From: a virus
IMG/VR virus record: IMGVR_UViG_3300025914_000009
Location: 1-64,000 of that record
DNA length: 64,000 nucleotides
Direction: 5' to 3' (one strand)
The translations under genes were made by a program, and so were the position numbers. The notes beneath the pieces were generated by a model, which did not search any database, had not been told where the DNA came from, and was given only the letters and a program-made list of their open reading frames with translations. Of the stretch, positions 29,392 through 39,996 are shown piece after piece. The number at the start of each line of letters is the position of its first letter. Position 1 is the first letter of the stretch.

Positions 29392-30791
29392 TAAGTTGTT
29401 GTTGTGGTTGTTGTTGTAGAAGTAGTGCCTTGTTGATATACTACTGTTACATTAGATGGAGCTGCACATGGAGAAGGACAAGATGCAATTGCAGTACACA
29501 ATCTTGTAAATAGTGCAGGGTTGTCAGCCAGTTCATCTAATATTGCTCCGAATAGAACACCTGGATCTACTGATACATTGAGTCTTACAACATGATTTGT
29601 AGTATCTAGCACTGGTGTAACAGTAACTCCATTATTTCCAGTACCTGTCAGTAGTTTCTGAGATAGATAGTCAGGATTAGTATCTCCTGAATCAGCTGCA
29701 ACCTTATGATCTCCAGCTCCAGATCCTCCAGTAGTGTTAATTATCACAAACCCAGGGGAGGTGATGTAGTCAAGGGAGATATTAGTACCTGGGATAAGCT
29801 TATCCTGAAGTACACCAGGGCTCGTATCAGAAGCAGTTGCTGCTACAAATCTATCTGTGCTAAGAGTTCCTGTGAAAGCAACATGCTTACCAAGACATAG
29901 ATTACTATTATCTACATTCGTAATAGCAAAGCTACCAGACCATTGGGTTGGTAATGCCTGAGCTATAGCAGTAACCTTTGAGAGAATGTTTTGAAGAGTT
30001 CCTTGAAGATCAGTTCCATTTGCTACTGAGTTACTTACACATCCAAAAGTGAGGGCAGTCGTATCAATAGTACCTGTTTGACATAACCTTGTCTTGATCT
30101 TATTGATTGTATCAACAAGGGTATCTGATGTAGTAAGAGGAGCAGGAAGGCAACTTCCAACATTATTAAATGTTGGTAATGAAGCAGTTCCACTTTCTAC
30201 TAACCCTTTCAGAATACAGATCTGAGATATAAGAGTATTAAATCCTCCAACTATTGTTGTAGGAGCAGGACTTACAGTATAGCACTGACCCCAGTTAGCC
30301 CCTGAGGGGTTAAGAGTAGAATCAATCTGGCCAAACTTAGTACAATACTTATTTAGAACTGTGATAAGAGTATCTGTATTTACAACTCCTGCAGAAGAGC
30401 AGGTAATTCCTGGTATTTCCAAAGCACTTACTCTACCCTTTAATGTATTCTGATCATTTACATAGGTAGTTCCAATGAAAGTAGTGACTGTGGTATTAAG
30501 GTTACATACATAGTTTGAGATGGTCTCCACAAACTGCTTCTGGGTAGTAATTGGAGCAAGGCAGTAAGTATTGTATGTAGAGTAGTCTCCGGTAGAAGCA
30601 CACAATAAGGGATCTATAATCTGCAGAATAGTCTCCAGATTAGTATTAGGAGTAATACCAGAACAACTTAGGGCAGGGCCAGTATATACTACACAACCAG
30701 AGTCAAGAAAACATGGACTGGTTTCCTGACAGTTAGCTGGAACAAATCCAGTTATAGATGCGGTTGTTTGTGTACAGTTATTGCAAGCCAT
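29391..30791 (-). CDS. Cys-rich fibre protein with C-terminal poly-Thr
   Basis: CVVYTGPALSC start shared with the neighbouring gene; repeated LxxILxKI-C segments. Confidence 0.55.
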   Translation of the reverse strand: MACNNCTQTTASITGFVPANCQETSPCFLDSGCVVYTGPALSCSGITPNTNLETILQIIDPLLCASTGDYSTYNTYCLAPITTQKQFVETISNYVCNLNTTVTTFIGTTYVNDQNTLKGRVSALEIPGITCSSAGVVNTDTLITVLNKYCTKFGQIDSTLNPSGANWGQCYTVSPAPTTIVGGFNTLISQICILKGLVESGTASLPTFNNVGSCLPAPLTTSDTLVDTINKIKTRLCQTGTIDTTALTFGCVSNSVANGTDLQGTLQNILSKVTAIAQALPTQWSGSFAITNVDNSNLCLGKHVAFTGTLSTDRFVAATASDTSPGVLQDKLIPGTNISLDYITSPGFVIINTTGGSGAGDHKVAADSGDTNPDYLSQKLLTGTGNNGVTVTPVLDTTNHVVRLNVSVDPGVLFGAILDELADNPALFTRLCTAIASCPSPCAAPSNVTVVYQQGTTSTTTTTTTT

Positions 30792-30801
30792 TTATATTAT
30801 A

Positions 30802-31872
30802 TTAAGGGATATACATTATGTAATAAGCAGCCATGGAAGGTTGGATATTATTATGGGGCTGCCCTCCACCTTGAGAGTTCATAGTAATACCAGTTGTAGA
30901 ATTTCCTGTTTTATCAGGTATTGTGATTGGAGATATGGGGTTATTTCCAAGCGATGGAACTTGAGTGGAGCTTTGATCTTTAACATGAACACCATTACTG
31001 TAAGTGAGGGAGTGATTATGCCCTGGATCATTCAATGTGTGAGTATGAGTAGGCATCTCTGCAATAGTAAGAGTATGGAAAGTCTCACCTTGCTTCATGA
31101 ACACTGACCAGGCAGGGTTATTTGGATTTGCTGCTGGGTCTACCGCTGCATCCAGAGGCCCTCCGGGAACACTTGCAATAGCCCCTACTATGGTTCTACC
31201 TCTTAGGTCAGGAGTACCGTTATTACCATTACATAGATAAACCTTTGCAAATCCAAGTGATGATATACCTATTCCACTAGCATCAAAATTAGATAAAGGC
31301 CCAAAGTAAGCCATTACAGTGAAAGGTATCATCTTTGTATTGTTCTGAACTATAGTTCCTCCCCCTCCATTTATGTTAGTAACTATCTGAGTAACAAGAG
31401 TTGTTAAATCAGAGTTTTTAACATATGTTGAAGGTATAGCATCTACGGTAGTCTTAACAGAACAAAGTAAAGCAATAGCAGCTTGTAAAATATCATCTCT
31501 TGTAGGATTAGTAGGTAATCCTGTAAGGCAAGCAGTATTGAAAACAGGGTTATTCTCTATCTGAGTATTAATAGTGTCAATCAGTTGCTTCAGTGTACAA
31601 GATGCAGTGATAAGCATCTGTAGAACATTACTTAGAGTAGGTGAAGCTACTCCAATTATATCTTGCAGAAAGGGGCAGCTGATAGTCAGATTAGCAGGTA
31701 CAATTCCTGTGCCATCCAGGATACCTACTACTTCAGCAGCAATAGATGCTTCGAATGCAGATAGGGTGTCTCCTGTGCAGATCCCCAGTAATGGGATTGC
31801 AGGGCCAGTGTATTGAACACACTGATCAGATATTATGTCAGGGCAATTAATTAGACAATCTTTGCAACTCAT
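30802..31872 (-). CDS. Tail fibre protein with collar domain
   Basis: YLCNGNNGTPDLRGRTIVG, GETFHTLTIAEMPTHTH, PHNNIQP collar/tip motifs. Confidence 0.8.
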   Translation of the reverse strand: MSCKDCLINCPDIISDQCVQYTGPAIPLLGICTGDTLSAFEASIAAEVVGILDGTGIVPANLTISCPFLQDIIGVASPTLSNVLQMLITASCTLKQLIDTINTQIENNPVFNTACLTGLPTNPTRDDILQAAIALLCSVKTTVDAIPSTYVKNSDLTTLVTQIVTNINGGGGTIVQNNTKMIPFTVMAYFGPLSNFDASGIGISSLGFAKVYLCNGNNGTPDLRGRTIVGAIASVPGGPLDAAVDPAANPNNPAWSVFMKQGETFHTLTIAEMPTHTHTLNDPGHNHSLTYSNGVHVKDQSSTQVPSLGNNPISPITIPDKTGNSTTGITMNSQGGGQPHNNIQPSMAAYYIMYIP

Positions 31873-32756
31873 TATGTGGTAGTTGTTGTAGTGGTAGTTG
31901 AGGTAGTAGTAGTGGTACAGAATGTTCCAATATCTCTCATAGTGATAGTAACAGCTTGTGAATTATTTACAGTTACACCAGTAAATGTATAGCTACTTGC
32001 ACCTGTATAATCTTGACACTGTGCTACACTATTACTTCCTATAATCTTTATACTTCCAAATGCATTTCCATCTACTGAGATTATGAAGCTACCTGGTATG
32101 AAACTAGCTGCAATGTTAGCAGTCTTGCTTCCCCCTGGGATTACTGGATAAGCTCCTGATACATACTGATTATTATTCGGTGGATAATTATCGTATTGTA
32201 CTGCCAGAATAGCAGCTCCACCTGTAGATGCATTATTAGTTACAGTAACCTGTGGAGAAGCAGTAGTAGTTGTTGTAGTTGTAGTAGATGTTGTAGATGA
32301 AGTACTCGTACTTGTTGTAGTACTAGTACTTGTAGAAGTACTCGTTGAAGTAGTTGTGGAAGTACTTGTACTTGTGGTTGTAGAGGTTGTAGTAGAAGTT
32401 GTGGTGCTAGTTGTACTTGTTGTACTTGTAGTACTTGTAGAAGTAGTGGTTGTAAATGGCCCTACTTTCATTCTTCTTGCTATCTTAAACTCTCCACCAG
32501 TTAATGCTTTCACCCTGGATACTATTGCAGGAAAACCATAGGGGCAATAGAAATCCTGGTTCCATCTAAGATTATTTAGAATCTCCTTATAATACAATAG
32601 CTGCCTTACCCTTATATAAGGGAGGGGCTTTATGGTCATAAAGGCAGTATTTTGCCAAGCATTTTTTCCGTACTGAGCAAGAACTGCATCAATTGAGCAT
32701 ATAGCATCTTCGAGATTATCACAATCTGTACAGGTCTTTAGAAGATAACTAAACAT
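31872..32756 (-). CDS. Tail hub-like structural protein with ~65-aa Thr/Ser linker and beta domain
   Basis: CTDC start; long T/S tract; poly-Thr C-terminus. Confidence 0.5.
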   Translation of the reverse strand: MFSYLLKTCTDCDNLEDAICSIDAVLAQYGKNAWQNTAFMTIKPLPYIRVRQLLYYKEILNNLRWNQDFYCPYGFPAIVSRVKALTGGEFKIARRMKVGPFTTTTSTSTTSTTSTTSTTTSTTTSTTTSTSTSTTTSTSTSTSTSTTTSTSTSSTTSTTTTTTTTASPQVTVTNNASTGGAAILAVQYDNYPPNNNQYVSGAYPVIPGGSKTANIAASFIPGSFIISVDGNAFGSIKIIGSNSVAQCQDYTGASSYTFTGVTVNNSQAVTITMRDIGTFCTTTTTSTTTTTTTT

Positions 32757-32890
32757 TTAAGCAATAGTTTGTAAGCACTTTTTTGTTGCAATTTATCCCA
32801 ACATTCTCTACAGTAACCATTTATGAGCTGGCAAGCAGCGGCATAAGTATTGCAGTCTGGGTTTTTGCATTTAGTTGATTGGCATCCCAT
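32738..32890 (-). CDS. Small Cys-rich, putative Zn-binding protein, 50 aa
   Basis: MGCQSTKCKNPDCNTYAAACQLINGYCRECWDKLQQKSAYKLLLKCLVIF (manual translation). Confidence 0.6.
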   Translation of the reverse strand: MGCQSTKCKNPDCNTYAAACQLINGYCRECWDKLQQKSAYKLLLKCLVIF

Positions 32891-32901
32891 AATCTTTGGT
32901 T

Positions 32902-33474
32902 TTAGCACCAGAGGGTATTTGTAGTTCCTCTACATCTTCCTCTAATAAAGTTATCCAACATTGTATTTGCATCCTGGTACAGCTTCATGGCCAGGATATT
33001 ATTACATTGATTTGAAGCTGAAATAGCAGCTTGAATATAGAACCAGATTTCATCAAGAACTTTCATCTGCTCAATCTTTACATCTCTATTGCATTCTATC
33101 AGATCAGTCTTTAAAAAGGCTTTCCCGAACTTTTGCTCTATGCGAGTAGTTCTGAGAAAACTTTTCTCAATATTGAAGTCTATAGCAGGGCTTATAGATT
33201 GTTTGATTGTCCATATTCCGTCAGGGAGATCAGTAAGCATGCTTGGGTCAGTGACACAAGTCAAGTTGAGGTTATTTCCATTAAGGAAAAGAACTTCACT
33301 CTTGACAAAAGATACTGTTGCCTTAGGAAAGGAAGGAGGAGTAATCTCATATGTGGGATTAGTCACAACGAAATTACTTGGATAAAAGGAGACATCCGCA
33401 ACAGCCATTGTCAAAGTGTTGTGGGTATCTACTGTTGTGAAATCCAGTATTGGTGAAGTTTGTGGAATAGGCAT
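32902..33474 (-). CDS. Tail hub protein
   Basis: LPDGIWTIKQSISP motif; gene order. Confidence 0.55.
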   Translation of the reverse strand: MPIPQTSPILDFTTVDTHNTLTMAVADVSFYPSNFVVTNPTYEITPPSFPKATVSFVKSEVLFLNGNNLNLTCVTDPSMLTDLPDGIWTIKQSISPAIDFNIEKSFLRTTRIEQKFGKAFLKTDLIECNRDVKIEQMKVLDEIWFYIQAAISASNQCNNILAMKLYQDANTMLDNFIRGRCRGTTNTLWC

Positions 33475-33986
33475 TAGACATTAACATATTTTGTTCCTGG
33501 AATGAAGTCTCCACTGTTATACTTTTGGAAGAGCTGCTGCCAGGTATTTCCGAATGTTTTCTGTAGGTGAGGATAATCTTTAATGGAAGACCACTTTCCT
33601 CCCCACTCCCAACCAGCTTGTTCAAATACTTTCACTACTTCCAGCCAGTCAGCTACACCATCTCTATCATTATCCTTTTTCATATCCCAGGAGGTCTCAT
33701 CATATACTCCATCTCCATTAGTATCATAAACTAAGCAAAAGTCAATAGCAAGTCCATAATTATGATAGCTGCTCCCCCCACGGGCATTTGTAACAATCTG
33801 TCCTGGTGTAGTTCTCCCTTGAGCATATAGGGCGTTCTGCTCATCTATTGTCCTTAGTCCCTGAGGGACTGCTATAGCAACGGTCTTAGGGAGTGGTGCT
33901 TCTGCTTTTTCGATTAGTGCTTTTACCTCATCTCTCACCTTTGGATGGAGTAGGGCTATCCTAGCTTCTGACTTAGTATGTCTCAT
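33474..33986 (-). CDS. Endolysin, M15 family L-Ala-D-Glu peptidase
   Basis: GLRTIDEQNALYAQGRT, SYHNYGLAIDF, WGGKW..KDYPHLQ. Confidence 0.92.
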   Translation of the reverse strand: MRHTKSEARIALLHPKVRDEVKALIEKAEAPLPKTVAIAVPQGLRTIDEQNALYAQGRTTPGQIVTNARGGSSYHNYGLAIDFCLVYDTNGDGVYDETSWDMKKDNDRDGVADWLEVVKVFEQAGWEWGGKWSSIKDYPHLQKTFGNTWQQLFQKYNSGDFIPGTKYVNV

Positions 33987-34003
33987 TGGTTATTTTTTAA
34001 AAT

Positions 34004-34042
34004 AAAAAAGGAGAGAGAGCCTTGAATTGCTCTGCTCTCCTT
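34004..34042 (-). terminator. Intrinsic terminator after the auxiliary capsid gene
   Basis: AAGGAGAG(C)AGAGC/GCTCTCTCTCCTT stem plus U-tract. Confidence 0.7.
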
Positions 34043-34061
34043 AACTGCCAGGTTCAGATTA

Positions 34062-35219
34062 TTATGGTATTAGGGTTGTAGTAGAAGTGGTTGAAGTTGA
34101 AGTGGTTGAAGTTGTAGTAGTAGTAGTTGGATTAGTTCCACTCACATCAGTTGGTGCTCCAAGTGCTGCAGTAAGGGCAGTTTCGAATGTTCCACCAGTT
34201 CCTGTTGGGAAGGCTACAATTACTGTAGAATCCTGAGGAACTCCAGGGTTCCATGTATTCAGGTATTCATCATAAGGATAGTACTTGATGTAGTAAGTAT
34301 CATAGAACGTACCATCAGTTACATAGCTGGTAAACAGCTGATCCCAAGATGCATACTTGTATTGATGTTTGAACTGATTAACTTGGTAGCTCCATAAGTT
34401 CTTTTCAAGCTGCTTGATTTCTGCAGAAGATCCGGAAGGATAATCTGATCTTTGAACTACTGTAGATGTAGCTACTATATCACAGGCATTGCTTACAATG
34501 AAATCCTGAGTTGTGACAGGCCCTTTGATCACGAAAGCTCTGAACCAGAGTCTGTCGTATTCATAAGGATAAGCTTCGAAGTCACAAGGGTTTCCATAGA
34601 CTGTCAGAGGCTTTTCAGTTATATACAGCTGAGAGCTTGATCCTGTTCCAAATCTTGAGAAGGTCAGGAAGGTAGAAAGTGCAGGGTCTGCATTTCCTTT
34701 TGCAACAGCTGCATCCACAAAATTCTGCAGAGCAGTTCCTGTAACACTACTACAAGGGTTAGCACCACATGAGCAACATGGAGTATCTACCACGAATGAT
34801 CTTGTAAGACCATTGAAGAATCCAGTATCAATATAACTTGAGTGAAGTACGAAGGCAAAGGTGATCTGCTCACTGCATTCAAGAGCCCATGAGCTAACGG
34901 ATTGTACCTGTGTTGGCACGTTTGATACAGCAGTTATTTTGTACCACTCAATAACCTTGGTAGAAGTGATCTTATCAGATCTTTTACTTCCAAGTTGGTT
35001 ACCTACTGTACCAAATCCTACTGCATTATTTGAAGGTAATACTTCGATTCTACCTTGAGCAATGTAGAAGTACTTTGCTGCTGCTATATTACCAGAGGTG
35101 GCAATTGAATAGTCAGGACGAAAAAGCCCAATTTGACCTGGTGTAAGGTCTTGGGTAGATCCTGTGGAAGCCAGAGTTCCTGATGTGGCAACAAACAGCG
35201 TTGTTAATGAGAAATCCAT
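34062..35219 (-). CDS. Auxiliary capsid / conserved structural protein with Thr-rich tail
   Basis: Position three genes after the MCP; YPSGSSAEIKQLEK motif. Confidence 0.55.
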   Translation of the reverse strand: MDFSLTTLFVATSGTLASTGSTQDLTPGQIGLFRPDYSIATSGNIAAAKYFYIAQGRIEVLPSNNAVGFGTVGNQLGSKRSDKITSTKVIEWYKITAVSNVPTQVQSVSSWALECSEQITFAFVLHSSYIDTGFFNGLTRSFVVDTPCCSCGANPCSSVTGTALQNFVDAAVAKGNADPALSTFLTFSRFGTGSSSQLYITEKPLTVYGNPCDFEAYPYEYDRLWFRAFVIKGPVTTQDFIVSNACDIVATSTVVQRSDYPSGSSAEIKQLEKNLWSYQVNQFKHQYKYASWDQLFTSYVTDGTFYDTYYIKYYPYDEYLNTWNPGVPQDSTVIVAFPTGTGGTFETALTAALGAPTDVSGTNPTTTTTTSTTSTSTTSTTTLIP

Positions 35220-35240
35220 TTAGATATAGATTTTACGTGA

Positions 35241-35969
35241 TTATTCAGATGTTCTTATTCTTTCTTGGGTGTACTGGACTGCAGGATTATTTTCAGTATC
35301 CATTGCTAACTCCTGTACTGTAAGGTTAAGTAGTTCATCCTCAAGATATTCTGGCAGCTCACAGTCTACATGAGTAGAAGTAGTACCATCAAATTTTATA
35401 TATCCTGGGAAGTCTACCTTTTGGGGATATCTTATGTAGCTTACATAAATAGTCTTCGGAGTGAAGGTTCCATCTGTGTAGACACTTAAATTGAACTGGG
35501 CTATTGAAGAAAAGCTCTCTTCGTATTCAAAAGAGGGCCTATAGTTCGTGTTGATAAGCAGACTAATAACATCAGAATGCTTTACAAGATCCTTATTTAC
35601 GTATATGACCTTATCTTTACACGTCCCCTTGGAAGCTATAAAGTACGAGTCTATATAGAACATGTACTGGGGAGTAAGTAGTGTAAGATCAGCTGTCCAC
35701 TTATTCAGATCTGGATCAGTTAGAGTAAGGCTCAGAGGATGACTTCTCATGGGCTCTATTAAAACTTCAAGATCCTCATATCTCTTCTTGAAGCTATCTA
35801 ACCCGAGACCCGAAGGATTATTCGAGTCCATTTTTAGTTTAACCAGCTTGAGCTGGGCTTCATTCAGAGCGAGGATCTTGTTTTCTAAAGGTATAATCTG
35901 ATGTTCGAGAGCTGCTACCTTATTTAACTTAAGGTCTATCTTATATAACAGGCTCTCTACTGGGATCAT
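35241..35969 (-). CDS. Ring protein (crAss-like conserved core gene)
   Basis: LNEAQ, YVSYIRYP, CELPEYL motifs. Confidence 0.6.
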   Translation of the reverse strand: MIPVESLLYKIDLKLNKVAALEHQIIPLENKILALNEAQLKLVKLKMDSNNPSGLGLDSFKKRYEDLEVLIEPMRSHPLSLTLTDPDLNKWTADLTLLTPQYMFYIDSYFIASKGTCKDKVIYVNKDLVKHSDVISLLINTNYRPSFEYEESFSSIAQFNLSVYTDGTFTPKTIYVSYIRYPQKVDFPGYIKFDGTTSTHVDCELPEYLEDELLNLTVQELAMDTENNPAVQYTQERIRTSE

Positions 35970-36919
35970 ACTTCAGCAAGTTTTTTTACTTTTAACTTTT
36001 TCTCCAGTTCGAGTAAATCTTCCTGGTTTATTTCATCCATGAGGTGATCAATTAATTCTTGTTTATCTCTAAACACTTCCAGTTCTCCTTCATATACACG
36101 TCCACCTTTCTTCTCTTTGTAGATCTGGTGTTTGAAAGCTTGCTCTACTAAGTCTCTCACATATAAGGAGTCATCTTTCAGGTCTGCATATAAGCTGAAC
36201 ACTTTAACTGGATCTTTACCTTTGTGTACTCCATTGTCTACCTGGTTCTTTTTCAGGAAGTTATCTACAAGATTGTACACAGTTTCTTCTTTTGCACTAT
36301 CACCTACGGGCAGATCAAGTAGTCTTGCGACCTTCTTACGCTTTTCAAGAGACCAGCTATCAAACTTAATGATAGCATCATTAGCAGTCTTCTTTTTTCT
36401 GTACTGAAGAGCACTTTCAACATCCTCATCATTCACATAGTATTGTGTATCATGAGAATATTCTCCTCTCTCATAAGCAGCAAGTGAAGAGGCAATGCGT
36501 GGATCTGCAGCTAACCACAAATAAGTGATGTGCTGCCAGGGATCTTCCAGATTGAAGATGTTATCTCCATCTGCCAGCTTTACTGGTTCCACATGCGCTG
36601 TTCCTTTTTTAGATGTATAGTTGTAATACTCAGAAGTTGGTGACAGGTCAATTCCCGTAGCTTCTTCAAGCTTTTTTCTCAATGCTTTTACCTTCTCCTG
36701 CTCAAGCTTTCTAAGCTGAGGGTCTTCTATCTTGAGAATGTATTTAGCATGCTCATCTAGGCCATTTCTGTACTTCCCACTAAGTTCCTTAAATGGAAGC
36801 ATCATCTTGGTTGTACCAGGAGCTCTACTCATCCCTCTCTGTCTTAGAGATTTCTCCATAGTAGGGAATGCACCATCAAAGTCCTTCGGTATTACACTAA
36901 TCTTACCGATCTTACCCAT
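35966..36919 (-). CDS. Conserved protein downstream of the MCP (start reassigned to MGKIGK)
   Basis: ORF track; NIFNLEDP motif; the longer start overlaps the regulatory spacer. Confidence 0.55.
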   Translation of the reverse strand: MGKIGKISVIPKDFDGAFPTMEKSLRQRGMSRAPGTTKMMLPFKELSGKYRNGLDEHAKYILKIEDPQLRKLEQEKVKALRKKLEEATGIDLSPTSEYYNYTSKKGTAHVEPVKLADGDNIFNLEDPWQHITYLWLAADPRIASSLAAYERGEYSHDTQYYVNDEDVESALQYRKKKTANDAIIKFDSWSLEKRKKVARLLDLPVGDSAKEETVYNLVDNFLKKNQVDNGVHKGKDPVKVFSLYADLKDDSLYVRDLVEQAFKHQIYKEKKGGRVYEGELEVFRDKQELIDHLMDEINQEDLLELEKKLKVKKLAEV

Positions 36920-36992
36920 AAGTAGTTGATTATTTGGTTTACTGTACCCCTGGTGGTCATGATCCACATGCTTCTTAGGAAGGGGTATTTTG

Positions 36993-37030
36993 AAAAGAGG
37001 GCCCTGGAGGCGGGAAGTTTCAGGGCTCTC
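36993..37030 (-). terminator. Intrinsic terminator after the major capsid gene
   Basis: GAGAGCCCTG...CAGGGCCCTC stem plus TTTT. Confidence 0.7.
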
Positions 37031-37049
37031 TTCTCGGAAGGTTTCCTCA

Positions 37050-38594
37050 TTAGAACTGAGGAACTTCTTCTATAACGACGCAACGTGATAAATCTTCTAT
37101 AAAGACATCGTATCTATCATCCATGAAGATAGTATAACCATCAAACATGTTGGCAGCTGAGTGACCTTGTGATCTCATAGCTCCAAGGTGATGTCTACGC
37201 CCATCAATATATCCCCATGTCATTGAGGGTCTTCCCTTCATTCTTACTTCTCTGATATTGTTTCTCAGAGATCCATCTCCCTCAGGGGAAATGTCAAAGA
37301 CAAGGAATAATGGAGTTGATTTCTTATTCTGACCGAACTCAAGGTTAGATTGAGGTAAATCCAGTTCTTTTAAGTGAACCAGCTCAATTCTACCTGTTTC
37401 ACGAGTTACCATGCTTGAGAAGGCATAGTTTAGTGTTAGTTTCTGTTCAGCACCCTGAATGAATCTTGTATCAGCAATGATAGTAAGACCACTATTGAGA
37501 GCATCATCTTTCAGAGCTTGGTCGAATACATCGAACCCTGCTTCATTAGTGTATATCTTAACTCTTCTTTGTGCTACATCTACACGTCTGTAGAACAGAT
37601 CTCCAAACACAGCACGGAAGATATTAGTTGAGAACTCACCTCTGTTATACTGAACAAGGTTACCATTGTTTCTCATTCTGTAGTAAACTCCAGAAGATAC
37701 TTTCTTAACCTCTTGCTTAGAACCTCTTGTCTTCACGATACCTGGTTTACCCCAGATCATCTTTTGTACTTTCAGATCAAGCATTGCTTTTCTCATCCAG
37801 AACTCAATGAAAGGTTCCCATCTGATATCATGACGAGTAACTGGTTTCTCGTTTCTCTTACCATTGATGTACACCATCAGGTCAAGAGGCATACCATCTT
37901 TGTTCTTGAGCATACGATCATCTGCCCAACCAGTGATAGTATGTTTGTAACCTACAGCTGAACCTAAAGATTCATACATTGTGATCTTTTCAGCCATACG
38001 AGGAAGACCAGGAAGATCTTCATCGAACTCACCAATTGATTGATTTACAAGAGTAAACTCAATACCAGGTTCAAGGAATGTAGGATCAACGAACTCAACT
38101 TTAGGATTGCTCGATACAAGCGTGGCAGTGTAAAGGAATCCCATGTTGTAAGGCTGCGGATCTCTTATGATAGCAAATTGCTGACCATAGATCTTGTGTG
38201 GAGTGATGATCATATTCTGAGTGAACTCAGCTGAATCCATCACGAACTGGAACTCCTGACCATCAATACCTGGAGTGGTAAGATTCAGTGTGCTCGTAGG
38301 AACCTCGATGATCTTAGGGAATTTGTATGGTACTTCTACTTCCCATTGCCATGCATCAGAGTTGGTATCAATGTAGAACGGAGTAGACTTGTTGATCATG
38401 TCCAGGAAGTCATTGGCATACAATGAGCTCTGTGTATAAATGGAGATAATCTTCTTATCATAGTCCGCAGGATCTGTGGTATGGAAAGACTCCAGGTGAT
38501 TTGTGTCTGTGAGCTTACCAATAGCACGTTTGTCCATTGAAGCTACCCTGGCATAGGCAAAACCAGTAAAACCAGGTATTGTTTGTAAAGCCAT
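37050..38594 (-). CDS. Major capsid protein
   Basis: 514 aa; TPGIDGQEF, KIYTNEAGF, MTWGYIDG; portal-scaffold-MCP order; followed by a terminator. Confidence 0.85.
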   Translation of the reverse strand: MALQTIPGFTGFAYARVASMDKRAIGKLTDTNHLESFHTTDPADYDKKIISIYTQSSLYANDFLDMINKSTPFYIDTNSDAWQWEVEVPYKFPKIIEVPTSTLNLTTPGIDGQEFQFVMDSAEFTQNMIITPHKIYGQQFAIIRDPQPYNMGFLYTATLVSSNPKVEFVDPTFLEPGIEFTLVNQSIGEFDEDLPGLPRMAEKITMYESLGSAVGYKHTITGWADDRMLKNKDGMPLDLMVYINGKRNEKPVTRHDIRWEPFIEFWMRKAMLDLKVQKMIWGKPGIVKTRGSKQEVKKVSSGVYYRMRNNGNLVQYNRGEFSTNIFRAVFGDLFYRRVDVAQRRVKIYTNEAGFDVFDQALKDDALNSGLTIIADTRFIQGAEQKLTLNYAFSSMVTRETGRIELVHLKELDLPQSNLEFGQNKKSTPLFLVFDISPEGDGSLRNNIREVRMKGRPSMTWGYIDGRRHHLGAMRSQGHSAANMFDGYTIFMDDRYDVFIEDLSRCVVIEEVPQF

Positions 38595-38620
38595 CTTTAC
38601 GCTATTATTTTGTTATAGGA

Positions 38621-39889
38621 TTATTGGGAAAACCAAGATTTGGGTTGAGCTTCTTCCTCTGTCTTCTTATTACCACCAGTTTTCATGGCAGTCTTCTTAA
38701 GACCTTTGAAGAGTTCATTACTTTCTTTAGATACTGCCTTTTTGGCTAATTTCGTAAGTTGAGGATCTTCTTTCAAAAGTTGCATAAGCATAGCTACTTT
38801 AACTCTAAGTTCGTGATTTTCAGGTCTCTTCAGATCCATTATATCCTTGTCAAAAGTTGTAAGTAGTTCCCCATCGGGGGTTTGGAATCTGTCCTGGGTG
38901 AGATAGGCATATGTATTCTCAGCGAACTTCTTATCTACAGGGATTCCATCAAAATCTTTATTTTTCATCTTATCAGAAAGGATTCTGCCAACATTGTTGA
39001 CATACTCAGTTTTGATCTGCTGCTTTCTGGTAATTTCTTCTTGCTTTCTGGCTGCGGCCTCTGTGATTTCCTTTTCCTCTTTGGCTACCAGGATCTTTTG
39101 AGCTTCTGTAGCTTCATCGAGTAAGTCATTATAATTCTTTAGCTGAGTAACTCTTTTCTCGATATATTCAGAAGATCTACCTTCTGATCTGTACAACTCT
39201 CTCACAATTCTTTCCTGATTACCTTCATCGGTAAGGTCAATTTCTTTGATACCTTCTACTTTAGTATAGCGGCTCAGATAGTCAACTGGGTTAATACCTT
39301 TTACAAAGACATTTTCAAACATGTCCTTATAATTATCGCCAAACCTTGCAAGGAACTTATCTATTACTTGGGAAGCTTGCTTTCTTGATTCGTACTGGAA
39401 TCTATCGAGCAGTTCTTCCGGAGTACCTACTTCTATACCCTCCTCATCTTCATCGAGATTAAAGATACCATGATTCACAAGCTCTTGAGCTATTGTGTTG
39501 AACATGTTCTCCTCACCCTCTTCAGTAGTAGCTTCTTCCTCTGTTTCCTTAGGGGAATCTTTGGGAGATTTGGCTGGAGGTTTAGTTCCTTCCTCTTCGG
39601 TTTCTTCTGATCTTTCTTCAAGAACATCATAGATATCCTTGTCTTTTATCTCAGGAGTTTCTTCCTCAGTTTCTTCTTCTTCTTCTATAACCTCTTCTTT
39701 CTTCTTTACAGGTGGTTGCTTCTTAACTGCCTTCTTAACAGATACCTCTTCTTCAGTTTCTGTTTTGGAAGGTATTACCTTTATATCTTCAGGATCAGAG
39801 CTAAGGAATGCTTCCCCAGCTTGGATCTCTTCTGTAGACATGATTCCAAAGTCACCTGCAGAGAAAGAAAATTGTTCTCTGTCCGCCAT
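38621..39889 (-). CDS. Acidic scaffold-like protein
   Basis: Glu-rich N-terminus, helical C-terminus, directly upstream of the MCP. Confidence 0.65.
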   Translation of the reverse strand: MADREQFSFSAGDFGIMSTEEIQAGEAFLSSDPEDIKVIPSKTETEEEVSVKKAVKKQPPVKKKEEVIEEEEETEEETPEIKDKDIYDVLEERSEETEEEGTKPPAKSPKDSPKETEEEATTEEGEENMFNTIAQELVNHGIFNLDEDEEGIEVGTPEELLDRFQYESRKQASQVIDKFLARFGDNYKDMFENVFVKGINPVDYLSRYTKVEGIKEIDLTDEGNQERIVRELYRSEGRSSEYIEKRVTQLKNYNDLLDEATEAQKILVAKEEKEITEAAARKQEEITRKQQIKTEYVNNVGRILSDKMKNKDFDGIPVDKKFAENTYAYLTQDRFQTPDGELLTTFDKDIMDLKRPENHELRVKVAMLMQLLKEDPQLTKLAKKAVSKESNELFKGLKKTAMKTGGNKKTEEEAQPKSWFSQ

Positions 39890-39922
39890 ATTTAGTTGAT
39901 TTTATTGGTTTTCAACAGGATG

Positions 39923-39953
39923 TAAAATTATGTGTATTTATATTACCAGCAAA
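39923..39953 (-). promoter_or_regulatory. Promoter upstream of the scaffold/MCP genes
   Basis: TTTG-N19-TAATTTTA. Confidence 0.5.
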
Positions 39954-39996
39954 GACTTTGCTCCTAAAAGGCTGATTAATATTGCTTAATATAGCA

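Noticed and set aside
32260-32455. Microsatellite or contingency locus
   Set aside because: The low complexity reflects a Thr/Ser tract with mixed codons, not a perfect nucleotide repeat.
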